NCBI GenBank assembly: GCA_034780895.1
Contig: JAUZTB010000072.1
Coordinates: forward strand, 13,539,816-13,603,815
DNA length: 64,000 nt
Direction: 5' to 3'
Source: Rhynchobatus australiae
Lineage: Eukaryota
The stretch's first letter is position 1. Every line of letters begins with the position of its first letter. Shown in pieces: positions 25,501 through 37,245 of this stretch. The notes beneath the pieces were generated by a model. It was given only the letters and a program-made list of their open reading frames with translations, was not told the DNA's origin and ran no database searches. The position numbers were made by a program, and so were the translations under genes.

Positions 25501-28500
25501 GGTCAATTTCCTGCAAGAAAGGAATCACATGCAAGTATGAACACGGGTGCTTGATAGAACAATAACGAGTTGAACAACCAGGTCCAAACAGATGGACACA
25601 AAAGCCCATTCAAAATTAAAATTAGGATTTGCTGCATTTGAAAATACATTAAACGGTCCAGCAAGTAAGATGCGAAAACAGAGTCAAGGAAATAGGAATA
25701 GGAAATTGTGAGTTTAAGCTGCCAATCGTTGTAATCAAAATTGACACAGCCTACATCCAAGGTGGGGTATATACGTGACAGTTTGATAGAAGCATTTTGA
25801 TTTACACTCATTTTAAGGTAGAAAATGAGAGGTATTGGGCCAGCAATAACACTGCTTTGATTATTTGCTTCTTGGATTGTTAAAATACTGTAGACCTCCT
25901 GAATGTTACAGGAAATCTTTACCAGTTTTCTCTGCAGGTGTATGCAACTTCACATGGGACTAATTGTAATCATGAATGGAGCTTATGGAGAAGGTGTAAT
26001 CAGACTCCGAAGGTCCTCACTTTACTCAGTTTCAGTTTAAGTCAGGCCCTCACACTTGGGCTTCAGTCCAACAGCAACTCTGGAATTGGTATAATTGTTC
26101 CCTTAAATCAACCATTCCCAGACATGACAAAGACCAGGTGGTCACTAGTTTCAGCATACTGATGTTTACCTAAAAAAATGCTTTTCTAAACTTCTGCATT
26201 AACTTTTTACAAAATAATTCATTGATACGTCAACCACCCATCAGACTAGAGCTGCTGCATTACACATCAGTTATTCAAGCACTGAGCAGGGTGGAGGTTT
26301 GAAGAGTCATTCTGGGTCTTTGCTTGGTCAATATCCACATGTACATTTTTAAAATATTTATGTGGGGTATAGAGGAAAAACTAAACATTACTAAACCTCA
26401 GGTACTGGATCCAAACAGAAACTAGTCATTTCTCACTCACCTGTTATTAATTAGTCTCTCCTGATAATAAACAAACATCACTTAAAATCTTTTCAATACA
26501 TTATTTTGTAATTTTTTTTTACTACACTTCATTCATTGGTTTGAATACAGTTCCATCAGAATGGTTTCTAGGATGAGGAACTATAGAGAAGGCTGAGGAG
26601 ACATCTTAAAGTATATAAAACGATGGGGGGCTCTGGACAGAGTTGATGATGGAAGGTGGCTCCAATTGGTGGAGTTGAGAATTAGAGCTCACAGCTACAA
26701 AAATAAGGGGAAAGCCTTTTTTCCCCTTTAAACAGCAAGTAGTCTGGAATCAGGAATGCTCTACCAGCAGACGTGATGGAGGCAGGTTCCATTGTGGCAG
26801 AATTGGATGCACGTATGGCAAAAAGTTTAAGGCTGAAGAGAAGCAGCCATCTGGTGAAATTAGCAAGTTACTCTGTAAATGACAGCACAGACCCAGTGGG
26901 CAAAATGGCCTCATGCTATAAGCATTGCATAATTCTGTATGTCCCCTATGGCACGCCCATCTCTCACCCTCCCCCCCCCCCCCCCAAATGACTACATGGC
27001 AAGTTTATCTGATTTATTTCTACAATTTATCCCACTGGTTTTAAGCTCTGCCACATCTTTCACACCAAATTACTTTTCATGTAACATGCAGCTCCCAAGG
27101 CAAATTCCAAACATTGTACATTCGATACACTTCTGAACTTGAGCAGATAATGCAGCAGATACTGCAGTACAGCAACAGAGGAAGCTGCTTTGTTGGAGAT
27201 TCAGTTCTTTCAGATGAAGCATTAAACCAAGGCCACATCTCACGGGTTTGACGGTTATTTAATATCCCATGGCACTAACTGGAGCAGGAAAGTTCTGGTA
27301 TTTTGTTTAACATTATGAAACATCACCAAAATAAATCAATTAGCCATTCAGTCAATTGCATTTGCAGGATTTTACTGCCTTCAACAAGTCACTGCACTTG
27401 AGAAAAGTAATTGTTTATAAAGCATGCCAAGTCTTTCAATTCAATAAAATATGTCCCTTTGTATCCGGAAATAAAATATTTCTTCTTTAACAATTCTTTT
27501 ACATGGCTGGACAGGATAACAGAAAAACTGTGGCCAAGTGGTTGAGTTATTTCTTTCTCTTTTTTTTATTGCAACATTTCAATTCTATTTTTATGGAAAC
27601 CATTATGTTCAGTGCCCCTTGAAAATTCAATATCCATGAGGAAATGAGGAATGTTTAGTAATGAAAAGGCAAAACTGTAGTCACTGGAACTCAAAACAAA
27701 ATGCTGGAATCACTGACAAAGTCAACATCATCTCTGGAAAGAACAGATGACGCATAGGTGTGAATGTCTGAAACTTTAAATTGCCACATTTACTTATTAG
27801 TCCACTAAATATTTTCAATTTTATTATATGTGTTTTATAACCAGCTAGCACCTTCCTCAGACATTGTTGCTTTGAAACCTGGATAGGGCAAGAAAACACC
27901 ATTTGTCGATCTGTCCACCCCTTCCCAAGAACCCCAATAGGACTATTGCAAATACAGAAATAAGGCTATAACTGGATGCCTTACAAACATGAGGAAAAAT
28001 ATATAATTTTTTTTACTTTCAGCCCATTGGATTGCCCACCAGAAAATCATGATGCCACAATGCTTGCACTATGGTTATCGCTTTTAAAATTCAAATGGAG
28101 CAGTCTCAAGAGTGCACTTAATCTGTTTTATTGATTTCAAAGCTGGTAACTTTGTTGAGATGAAGTTGTGTAGGTTGCGGGGAGATCACTGAAGGTGAGC
28201 ACACACTACCATTTACACCAAACTGTGCAACTGGGTGCCATGATTACTGAAGACCTGTGAGCTCAGTAGTCACATCTTAGCCGAACCCTTCTGAATGTGC
28301 TTTATCTGTGAAATTTCTCTTGAATGACCCAGCGCCTTGAATAATCGGTGTGACAGGATATGTTATAACATACTGTCATACTCAATATATTCTCTTTTAG
28401 AGACTCAGAATCCTGGAATTTATTTTCTTGCCTTTATATGCAAGCTGCCTCACATGCTTTTGTCATTCACTCAAGCTCTTCAGTTTAGAAGGTACACTGC

Positions 28501-29849
28501 TGCTGGCAGTATTAAACAGATCTACTGCAATATCTTCTGCACATGAACAATGACACATCTAATGGAGGGCACTGTACTACAAAACAATTCTACCTGTCCT
28601 TGAAAGTACAACACACCAAGGATGAGTTCAAAATTCTCAAATAATTGAAATCACTACTCTGAATACTATGTTCTCTCTATCTTGATTTTAAGTTCTGTGC
28701 AACTCCTCAGCCATAAAATATCAAACTTTTCTATATGCCACTGGATCAGAGTGGTCACAATTTAAAATTTAAAGCGGTTATTTTTTTCAATTTAGCTGCC
28801 TTTCTACCAGCTTGGAAATATTGCTTTTTCTCATTTTAATGTAAATGTGTCAGTTAATACTTAAACCCTTTTCCACTGCTGGTAATTGCTAAGAACAACT
28901 GCACTGGAAAATTTTAAAGGTTGTAAACTATGCAACTCATTTTTGTTTACAAAAGGTAGCAATGTCAAAATAGATAATTCCATAAGATCCATTTCTAAAT
29001 CATCACAAACATTGCTGTTTTTGTGCAACTTGCATTGAAAGTTGAATCATTGCCTACTCCTTCTGAGGAAGTTAAAGGTACTGTTTATCTACTTCCCATT
29101 GAAAAAACAGAATTCTCATTTGAGTTAAAAAAAACTTTTAATCATTACATAACACGTTGCATGGAAAAGGTTCATTTATTTCAGAATCCTAGCAAGTGTC
29201 GATTTCCTATCAATTGAATTCCACAGGTCTCTCAGTGTCAAAATACCCAAAACCATTGCTGTCCAATAGCATTACTATACCATAATTTGATTTGAGATGT
29301 TCGGCTTTCTATTTCACATATCGTAATTGGGAAAAATGCATTACCATTATCCTCTTATCCCCAAGTAGAAGTGGGGGGAAATCTATCTGCCCACAGCTGG
29401 GAGCTGGCAGCAAAGTGCGCGCCTCCAACTGCAGTGGATACATTACCTCCATCGGTCTGGAATCCGCATCACTCGCTTCCAATGCCTTTTCTGGGCATGT
29501 TACGGTATTTAGTCTCCCTCCCATTACCAACACTCGCCCTCTGTTGAGAAGGTGGCGACTTCCAGCTTTTTCGGCCTGGGTCCAGGCCCTGCCTGTCCTC
29601 AGTGCTGTACCCTCCCACACACGCCGCTGCCCCCACACTTGTGGCCGACACTCACCGAGACCCTTTAACTGTTGCACACACACTGCTCCTGCCCAACTCC
29701 CCAGCCTTGAGAATCCCACTTAACCGCCTCAGCAGGCTAAGAGTCCCCAAGTGTGGGGAAGCCGCGGTCTCTCCACGGGTTCATGCCGTGCTCCTTACCC
29801 CACTGTCGGCTGCTTCCTCCCAATTATCCGCGATTTCCTCATCTTCCAT
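16447..29849 (-). CDS. SZRD1: SZRD1 (SUZ RNA-binding domain containing 1), complete CDS join(29849..29799, 25510..25461, 20779..20531, 16549..16447), 150 aa
   Basis: Exons 51+50+249+103 = 453 nt, in frame, all GT-AG; protein [33 protein letters not shown]...IRILKRP...[21 protein letters not shown] (SUZ)...[18 protein letters not shown] (SUZ-C). Confidence 0.97.
17110..17820 (+). mobile_element. CR1 LINE 3' fragment
   Basis: [50 protein letters not shown], and a CR1-type tail CTGTGCTGTATGA. Confidence 0.85.
20531..20779 (-). CDS. SZRD1: SZRD1 coding exon 3 (SUZ domain)
   Basis: Within ORF 20527..20823; [15 protein letters not shown]...EEEDKANPD(R); AG/GT boundaries keep the phase. Confidence 0.96.
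22059..22442. repeat. ~100-bp inverted repeat (22059-22159 / 22344-22442) enclosing a Penelope-terminus fragment
   Basis: Arms reverse-complement at roughly 90% identity by eye. Confidence 0.9.
24760..25150 (-). mobile_element. tRNA-derived Deu-SINE-like element (SacSINE1-like)
   Basis: tRNA-like head on the minus strand near 25150; body resembles copies at 49730-50070(-), 51350-51710(+) and 56740-56990(-). Confidence 0.55.
25461..25510 (-). CDS. SZRD1: SZRD1 coding exon 2
   Basis: Acceptor [26 protein letters not shown](K), donor GTAAGA. Confidence 0.95.
26560..26940 (+). mobile_element. Old CR1 3' fragment
   Basis: AGAAGGCTGAGGAGACATCTT...GTGATGGAGGCAGGTTCCATT...GTGGGCAAAATGGCCT CR1-type motifs. 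Confidence 0.6.
29799..29849 (-). CDS. SZRD1: SZRD1 coding exon 1
   Basis: ATG at 29849, [17 protein letters not shown], donor G|GTAAGG. Confidence 0.95.
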
Positions 29850-29990
29850 TTTAGCTGCTCAGCTCACTCGCCCCCCGGGCCGCACAGCGCACGCGCAAAA
29901 TCCTCTGCGCGCAGCCGCACACCACGGTCGGCCAGAGATGCGCAGCCTCAGAAGACAGCACCAAGGTGCCCGGGGCGGCAGCAGTGTAGC

Positions 29991-30142
29991 CGCATGCGCA
30001 GTGCCGCCGGTGAGGGTGGGTTGTGCCGTCTGGGGAGGGGAGAAGGGTGTCCCGGCTCAGGCGCATGCGCGGTGCCGTCAGCGAGGGCGGGTTGCGTCGT
30101 GCGGGGAGGGAAGAAGGGTGTCCCGGCTCAGGCGCATGCGCG
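29991..30142. repeat. 71-bp tandem duplication (~2.1 copies), each unit starting with an NRF1 palindrome
   Basis: Units 29991-30061 and 30062-30132 share CGCATGCGC...GGGGAGGG(G/A)AGAAGGGTGTCCCGGCTCAGG. Confidence 0.9.
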
Positions 30143-30179
30143 CTGGCGGCGGTGGGAAGCCCCGGCCATAGCAATCGAT

Positions 30180-30321
30180 CCGTGAGTGATAAGATGGCGG
30201 CGGCAGGGCCCAGCTAGCCCGAAGCAGCAGCACGGCGAGCGCCACCGACCTCGATAGCAGGCCCAAAAAGAGGGCGGGGAAACCGAGCCGGGACCCAGCA
30301 ACGGCCCGTAGGGAAAGAAAG
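30180..30321 (+). other. ZBTB17: Putative non-coding first exon of ZBTB17, containing a 7-codon uORF (MAAAGPS*)
   Basis: YY1-type AAGATGGCGGC near the likely start; strong donor AAG|GTGAGG; the first coding exon opens with an acceptor 2 nt before its ATG, so an upstream exon is expected; 5' boundary approximate. Confidence 0.6.
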
Positions 30322-31149
30322 GTGAGGGTTAGGTTGTATTGGGGGGTGGGGTAGGCAGCGCGCCTTAGAGGCGGACTGGAGGAGACGGCACTATGAGGCG
30401 AAAGGACGGGAGGCCGCGACGGTGCCTCCCGCCGCCATCATTGGGACGAGGCAGGGTCCGCCAGGCGCGCTCAAACAATGCGTGGATCAATAGATACAGA
30501 GGGGGTTAATAGAGCGCAGAGACACCAATACACTGATCAATTGATAGATGTGGGGGAGGCAGAGGCGCAGCAACCGGCGGGACGTTGGGTCAGCTCTGCA
30601 GTCGCCATGGAGTTATTGGCGCAGATGGGCAGTGACAGCGAGAAGCAGAGGAAGGAGGGGGCGAGGAATCGTGAGGCATGTTAAGGAGAGAGACGGAGTG
30701 TCAATAAGCAGGGAGGTGCTTGGATGGAGTTCAGGCAACAGGGTGGGGCGAGCCAGAGGCAGGGAGGGTCTGGGGAGAGCCGGCTGCAGGGAGGCGAAGT
30801 GCTGGGGCAGGGAGGCCGCCAGTCCTCCGGGGAACAGGAAAACAAATCGACGCGAGGGACCAGAGAGCAGTAAGAAATAACAGAGTGACAGGCAGTTCGG
30901 AGGGAAACCAATGCACCTGGGCAGAGAGGAGGAGGAGAGGCAAAGCAGGCAAATGTGCTCCTCTGTCGAGATGCTGCTTTCTGCCAGTCTGGACTGTGGT
31001 TCGTGGAATGTGTTTCCTACTGAAGAAAATTTGGTGCAGCCCTCAATTATTATTAATTCTGCATTATGAGCCACGAAAGTAATTGAGAAAATATATTCTT
31101 AACAGCTTAGAAACTTGATACAAACTGCTTAAAAACAGCACCATCTGGC

Positions 31150-31565
31150 TTAAACACAGGACAGACATTAAAAATAGAAGCAATATCGGGTGGTCTTTAT
31201 TGAAACACATAAAATTAGGCGGATCATTGACGAGGTCGGTTCTGAGCTCTACAATGGCCCCTTGTGAAGGAATCTATAATTTGGGGGCATAATGGATCGC
31301 CTTTTTTAAGACAGAAATGAGGAAGAATCTCTTGGAGGATAAAGAAACTTGGAAATTCTCTGTTCCAGTGTGCAATGGAGACTGGACTATTGAATATATT
31401 TACAGATGAGTTTGGCCGATTTTTGGTCTATTTGAGGAGTCAAGGATCATGGGGAACAAGTAGAAAAATGGGATGAGGCCAAGATCAGCCCTGATGTCAG
31501 TGAATGGAATAGCAGGCTCAAATGTCCCTGTGGTCTACACCTGCTACTTTTGAGTTCTTATGTAG
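31150..31565 (+). mobile_element. CR1 3' fragment
   Basis: TTATTGAAACACATAAAATT...GAAATGAGGAAGAAT...GAATGGAATAGCAGGCTCAAAT...CTACACCTGCT. Confidence 0.6.
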
Positions 31566-33086
31566 GCCATACAACCCCTTGAGACTTTCCTGCTATTTAA
31601 TAATTCATGGCAGTTCTTGTGCCTTGGGTCCAGTTTCCTGCTGTATCCTCTGATCCCCTGTATCAAAAATCTTATCATCTTAGCCTTGAAATTATTAACT
31701 AAGAATCCACAGCAATCTGAAGTGGAGAATTACATCCATCTGCATAAAAAGAAATTTTTCCCCATTGCAGTCCTAATACGCCGCTAGTGAATATTATGAA
31801 AGGTTTCCACAAAGACGTGCAGCTGTTCCCTCATTACATAAGGGATATGCCCACATCCTGGTTACTGTTTAACATATTTGAGATTCCCACTGCAGGGAAA
31901 AAGGTCAGAATGGCATTTTAAGGCACCCAAAACCATCTCTCATTGATTAGGCTGTTGTTTTAGATGAGCAGATTAAAAAAAATCCTCTTGGGCAGATAGG
32001 GCAGGCAACAGCAGAATGTGTTGAGGTTAGATAGCCAGTTGGTGAGATTCGAACTGCTAAATGCACAGTTTCAGTCCCTTCAAAAAAAAATGATAGGTCG
32101 GGGCAGGAGTTTGCAATATGGCCTTTGGAGTGCATGTTGTCACAACATATCTATGAAAAGAGACATAATACCATTAGAAATATTTGGAACAGAAACACCA
32201 TTATATCTTTGTAATGCCATACAAGAAATGAATGAAGACCACATGGTAATGGGAAACTTTGCCTTCTCCTACAAGAGATTCAGCTTAAGTCTGATTTCCA
32301 TCTAACCTTGCATCGAATCTTATAGCTGCCACATATATCCGTGATTAAAAACATAATTATTCCTTTCCAGCTTCTTCATAGAGATCACTTGTTTGGAAAT
32401 CTTTTGAAAGTCTATAGTTACAAATAAATCTGCCATATTATAGATTTAGCTCAGTTCACTAATGCTCTTAGCACCAGAGGCAAGAAAATTGTGGATGCTG
32501 AGACGAGTGGGCATTGCAGCGGGTCACGCAGCCGATCATGGGCTTCAGGGCCTTGTGTTAATCGTGGGTAGCAGGCAGTGATTCAGCTGTAGTTTCCCAT
32601 CACAGATTTCAGTTATACCTGAGGCCCTAGACCCAGGTTGGACTGAGTGGCTATTGCACATTTTTGGAGAATGAAAACATGTGACCCAGCAGTCAGATCT
32701 GAGACCAGGTTCACAGGAGGGAGGGGTTGGTCAGGATAGACAGCCATAGGCTGGCTTGGTCAGGGGTGGGGTTGTAAAGCTTGGTTTGGTCGGGTGAATG
32801 CTGGTGGCAGAGAGAGGGATTATTTTCTAAACCCCCAATGTTCAAAAATCTTATCATCTTGGACTTGAATATGTTAATTAAGAATACTCAGCCATCTAAA
32901 GTTATGAATTATCAAGATCTGCATAGAAGGAACAGAGCCATTGATTGGGAGGGGTGAGAGGGTGATTGGAGCCCTCACTGGAAGCNNNNNNNNNNNNNNN
33001 NNNNNNNNNNNNNNNNNNNNNNNNNNNNNNNNNNNNNNNNNNNNNNNNNNNNNNNNNNNNNNNNNNNNNNNNNNNNNNNNNNNNNG

Positions 33087-33345
33087 CCCAATGGGAGGGG
33101 GGAGAAGAGAGAATGTCCGGGTGGGTGGGGTCTTTGATTATGTTGGCTGATTTACTGAGGCAGCAAGAAGTGTAGACAGTCCAAGGAGGGGAGGTTGGTG
33201 TCCACGTGGTGCTGAGCTGTGTCCACAACTCTCTGCAGTTTCTCGTGGTCCTGGGCAGAGCAGTTGCCGTACCGAGCTGTGGTACATCCAGATAGGATGC
33301 TCTCTGTGGTGCATTGATTAAAGTTGGTGAAGGTCAAAGGGGACA
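33087..33345 (-). mobile_element. Rex1/Babar-like LINE fragment
   Basis: CTTESILSGCTTARYGNCSAQDHEKLQRVVDTAQH matches the Rex1/Babar post-RT motif. Confidence 0.8.
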
Positions 33346-33349
33346 TCCT

Positions 33350-33990
33350 AGTGACAATGAAGGGCTGGCAATCTATTTTGAAGTCAGGGTGCTGTGTGAC
33401 ATGGAAGGAAACCTGCAGGTGATGGAGTTCATGGATTTGGAAGGTGCTGTCAGAGTAGCCTGGGTGAGTAACTTCAGTGAATTGTGTCGATGGTGCAGAC
33501 TGCAGTCATGTGTGCCGGTGGTGGAGGGGGGGGGGGTGGGGAGGGAATGGATGGGGTACCTACTGAGTGGGCTGCTCTGTCCTGGATGGTGCTGAGCTTC
33601 GTGAGTGTTGTTGTCTCTGTGCTCAACCAGGCAAGTGGGGAGTGTTCCATCACACTCCTGACTTGTAACTTGTTGATGATGGGAAGGGGTTGGAGTGTCA
33701 GGGGGTAAGTCACTAACCACAGGATCCCCAGCCTCTGAGCTGCTCTTGTAGCCACGGTGTTGATGTGGCTGGTCCAATGGAGTTTCTGCTCAGTGCTGAC
33801 CTCCAGGATGTTGATGGTGGGTTTTCAGTGGCAGCACCATTGAATATCCAGGTTGATGCTTGGACTCGCCTTTGTTTGAAGTGGTCAGTGTCACTTCTGT
33901 CGCACTTGCCATATCCGCCCGTATCTGAATGTTGTCTTGGTGTTGCTGTGTGCGGGCATGGGCAGCTTCACTCGACGAGGAGGTGCCTGT
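33350..33990 (-). mobile_element. CR1/L2-superclade LINE fragment (post-RT region)
   Basis: ATRAAQRLGIL...QVRSVMEHSPLAW...TLTKLSTIQDRAA; 3' end of the same family at ~60880-61110(-). Confidence 0.75.
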
Positions 33991-34012
33991 AGGATTGAGC
34001 AATGTGCAGTTG

Positions 34013-34145
34013 TGGGCAGCACAGTACTGGTAGAGCTGCTGCCCCACAGCTCCAGGGACCTGAGTTCAATCCTGACCTCTGGGGCTCACAGTGTGACTCG
34101 TGTTGGGCTGAAGGGCCAGTTTCCGCGCTGTATCACTCTATCTCT
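34013..34145 (+). mobile_element. Internally deleted HE1/V-SINE-like element
   Basis: tRNA-like head TGGTAGAGCTGCTGCCCCACAGCTCCAGGGACCTGAGTTCAATCC joined directly to a GGGCTGAAGGGCC tail. Confidence 0.65.
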
Positions 34146-34168
34146 TTGACCTTTTTGCCGGCGTGTAA

Positions 34169-34315
<147 letters not shown>

Positions 34316-34574
34316 TGAGGGGGGCCCATTCTGGGGTACTCGCCCCTGATCATTTTGCGGTGGTTCTGTCACTAATGGGCACAGTGAGAATGTGAATAAA
34401 ATTCAGGGTCATTACCTGGTTAAAATAGCTGTGGGTTTGTCAGTAAAAAGCCAGGGACTTGTGGGAGGAACGTTCCGTGTCCTCTTTAAAGTACCGTGCT
34501 GGAGAGTGGAGTTCTTGCTGCACAGCTACATCACACCAGCTAACTCAACGCCTTCAGCTCAGCGAAGGAGGAAT

Positions 34575-35360
34575 CCGATTTATTATCACTGACTTGTATG
34601 ACGTGAAATGTGTTGTTTTGCGGCAGCAGTACAGTGCAAAGACATAAAATTACTATAAATTACAAAAATAAGTAAATAGTGCAAAAAAGGAATAACGAGG
34701 TGGTGTTCATGAGTTCATGAACCGTTCAGAAATCAGATGGTGGAGGGGAAGAAGCTGTTCCTGAATCGTTGAGTGTGGGTCTTCAGGCTCCTGTACCTCC
34801 TCCCCGGTGGTAGTAATGAGAAGAGGGCATGTCCTGGATGGTGAGGGTCCTTAATTAAGAAAGGGTGCTAATGTCTAGGAAGAAGTTTGGAGAAAGTTTA
34901 CTGGACTGATACTTTGGGAGGTGCGTGATGAGGGAAGATTGGACAGGGTTAAGGTTTTGTCCACTGGAGTTTAGAACAATGAGAGGGGAACTTGATTGAA
35001 ACACATAAGGCCCTAAGGAGTCTTGACAGAGTGGATGTAGTGAGACTTTCCTCATGTGGGAGTTTGGAACAAGGAGTCAGTGTTTTGAAATAAAGGGGTC
35101 ACCTTTTTGAGAAGGAGATGAGGTGAAACTTTCTCTCTCAGAAGGTGAGTCTTTGGAACTTCCTTCCTCAGAGGAAGAGGGAAGCAGAGCCTTTGAATAT
35201 GTTTTCGGCAGAGGTAGATCAATTCCTGATAAGCATGGGGATGAATGGGTGAGTATACACTGAGCTGAGGTTACAATCACATTGACCTTGACCTGATGAA
35301 ATGGCAAAGCAAGCTTGAAGGGCCAAATGGCCTGTTCCTGTCCTAATACATATGTCTGTA
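34575..35360. mobile_element. Rex/L2-type 3' end (-) followed by a CR1 3' fragment (+)
   Basis: GAAGAAGCTGTTCCTGAA...CTCCTGTACCTCCTCCC; then CACTGGAGTTTAGAACAATGAGAGGGGA...GAAGGGCCAAATGGCCT. Confidence 0.65.
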
Positions 35361-36619
35361 TGTTCATGTGTTTGTGTATCCAAAAGTCCAAGGCACCATG
35401 TTGGGTGAATGGAGCCCTGTCTGATATCATAACCCACAGTCTGAGAAATCTAACGGATAATCACAGTGTGTTAGTCCCACCACTGTATAAGTTGCACCAG
35501 TTTATATGTCACAGCATACCTCCTTTGTTCCCGGTTTTTGTCCCTTCCAAAAAACATCCCAGAACATCGCCTTATACACTGTATTTTAAGGTACCTGCCT
35601 TCCACTCACAGCAACATTGCTCAAATTGTTATATCTGCCTGGTTTAAGCCTCGAGATGTGAATAAAGAATACCCTGATTTGGTGCTGAGGTCAACTGCAA
35701 ACCCCTTTAACCACCATGCTGGTTTCCTTCACGTGGCCTGGCTTTTGAATACCTTGTTGACAAGCCTGGTGGTAAATAGAGGGCCCGTTTTTTAAGTCTC
35801 CACTCCNNNNNNNNNNGCCTTTTGTTGAAACTGAGTTGTGATCTACCAGTTAAGCAGGAATTTGATTTTAAATCCTCATCCTTATTTTCAAATTCCCTGT
35901 TATTTTGCCTCTGCCTATCTCCTAATGCCCTGTAATCTCCTGAGATCTCTGTGCTCCTTCCTTCCCGGCCTCTACACTACCCCTGAATTAATTTATCCAT
36001 CCCTGGTGATTGGACCTTCATCTGCCGAGATCCTAAACTCTGGAAATCCCTCCTTATTCCATACACCTTTTCTCACCTTTTTTCAAACTTTCCTTAAAAC
36101 CAACCAACCCAACCTCCCAGACCAAGTAAAAGCTCTGCTTTTATTCTTGTTTTGGATTTCCAGCACCCGCCATTTCTTTTGGACCAAGTCCTCAGTCATC
36201 TGCCTTAAGATCTCCTTCTGAGATTTGGTCTTAAATTTGGTTTTGATGATAGCCCTTGCTTTGCAATGCTATATAAATGCTAGTTGTGTTGTTGTAGGTT
36301 TGAATCTCAATATGTTCCACGTCAAGGAGTCCTGCCTGCCACTCACCATTACAACTCTACAGTGGGCCTCCATGGGGAGACTCAACCATGGTTCCGCTCC
36401 CGGGACTATTCTGGCTGGGGTACTGGAAGATGCTTGTGAATGGATATTGAGTAGGAGGGGTATTGGCTTTGGCTATAATGCCCTGACCTACTTCCAGTTT
36501 TGTAGCTGGTCCACGTCAACTGCCTAAACTCGTTCGCTTGGGGTGAGGTTAGAGGCTTCGTCCGGTAGAGATAACAGCCTGTAGGGAATAACTGAAAAAA
36601 CAGTTAACTGGAAAAGCCA

Positions 36620-37245
36620 GTTCGTCACGTAAACCAGCCTCCCCTCCATGGACTCTGTCTACACTTCCCGCTTCCTTAGGAGAGCAGCCAGTATAATCAG
36701 AGACCCCTCTCACCCCGGACATTCTCTCTTCTCCCATTGGGCAGAAGATACAACAGCTTGCAAATAAGTACCACCAGGCTAAAGGACAGCTTCCATGCCT
36801 CTGTTACAAGACTCTTGACCGGACTTCTTGTATGGTAAAGATGAACTCTTGATCTCTCAGTCTACCTCATCATGAATCTTGCACCTTATTTGCCTTCCTG
36901 CACTGCACTTTCTCTGTAACTGTAAGACTATATTCTGTATTCTGTTATTTGTTTTTCCTTTTTGTTCGACCTCAATCTACTTATGTATGGAATGATCTAT
37001 CTGGATGGCACACAAAGCAAAGCTTTTCACTGTATCTTGGTACATGTGACAATAATAAACCAATTGCCAATTACCAGACCAATGTCAGGCAAAAGATTCT
37101 TAGACAGGTACATGGATAGAAAGGGTTTAGAAGGATATGGGCCAAACGCGGGGCAAATGCGACTAGGTTAGATGGGCATCTGGGTCGGCATGGTCCAGTT
37201 GGGCTGAGAGCCCATTTCCATGCTGTATGACTCTATGACTCAAAA
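36620..37245 (+). mobile_element. Rex1/Babar-like 3' end followed by a CR1 tail
   Basis: CCTCCCCTCCATGGACTCTGTCTACACTTCCCGC...TTTTCACTGTATCTTGGTACATGTGACAATAATAAACC; then GCTGTATGACTCTATGACTC. Confidence 0.75.

Larger units (their letters stand above)
29560..30870. promoter_or_regulatory. CpG island, bidirectional SZRD1/ZBTB17 promoter (NRF1 x3, YY1)
   Basis: Very GC/CpG rich; CGCATGCGC at 29991, 30062 and 30133; AAGATGGCGGC at 30191; SZRD1 ATG at 29849 (-) and a plus-strand donor AAG|GTGAGG at 30321. Confidence 0.85.

Noticed and set aside
30174-30179. ATCGAT in the ZBTB17 promoter as a Miz-1 autoregulatory site
   Set aside because: A single hexamer in CpG-rich DNA is expected by chance, and the longer motif is not evident.
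29292-31082. Many overlapping 100-190 aa ORFs around the SZRD1/ZBTB17 promoter
   Set aside because: CpG-island artefacts with low-complexity Arg/Gly/Ala translations.
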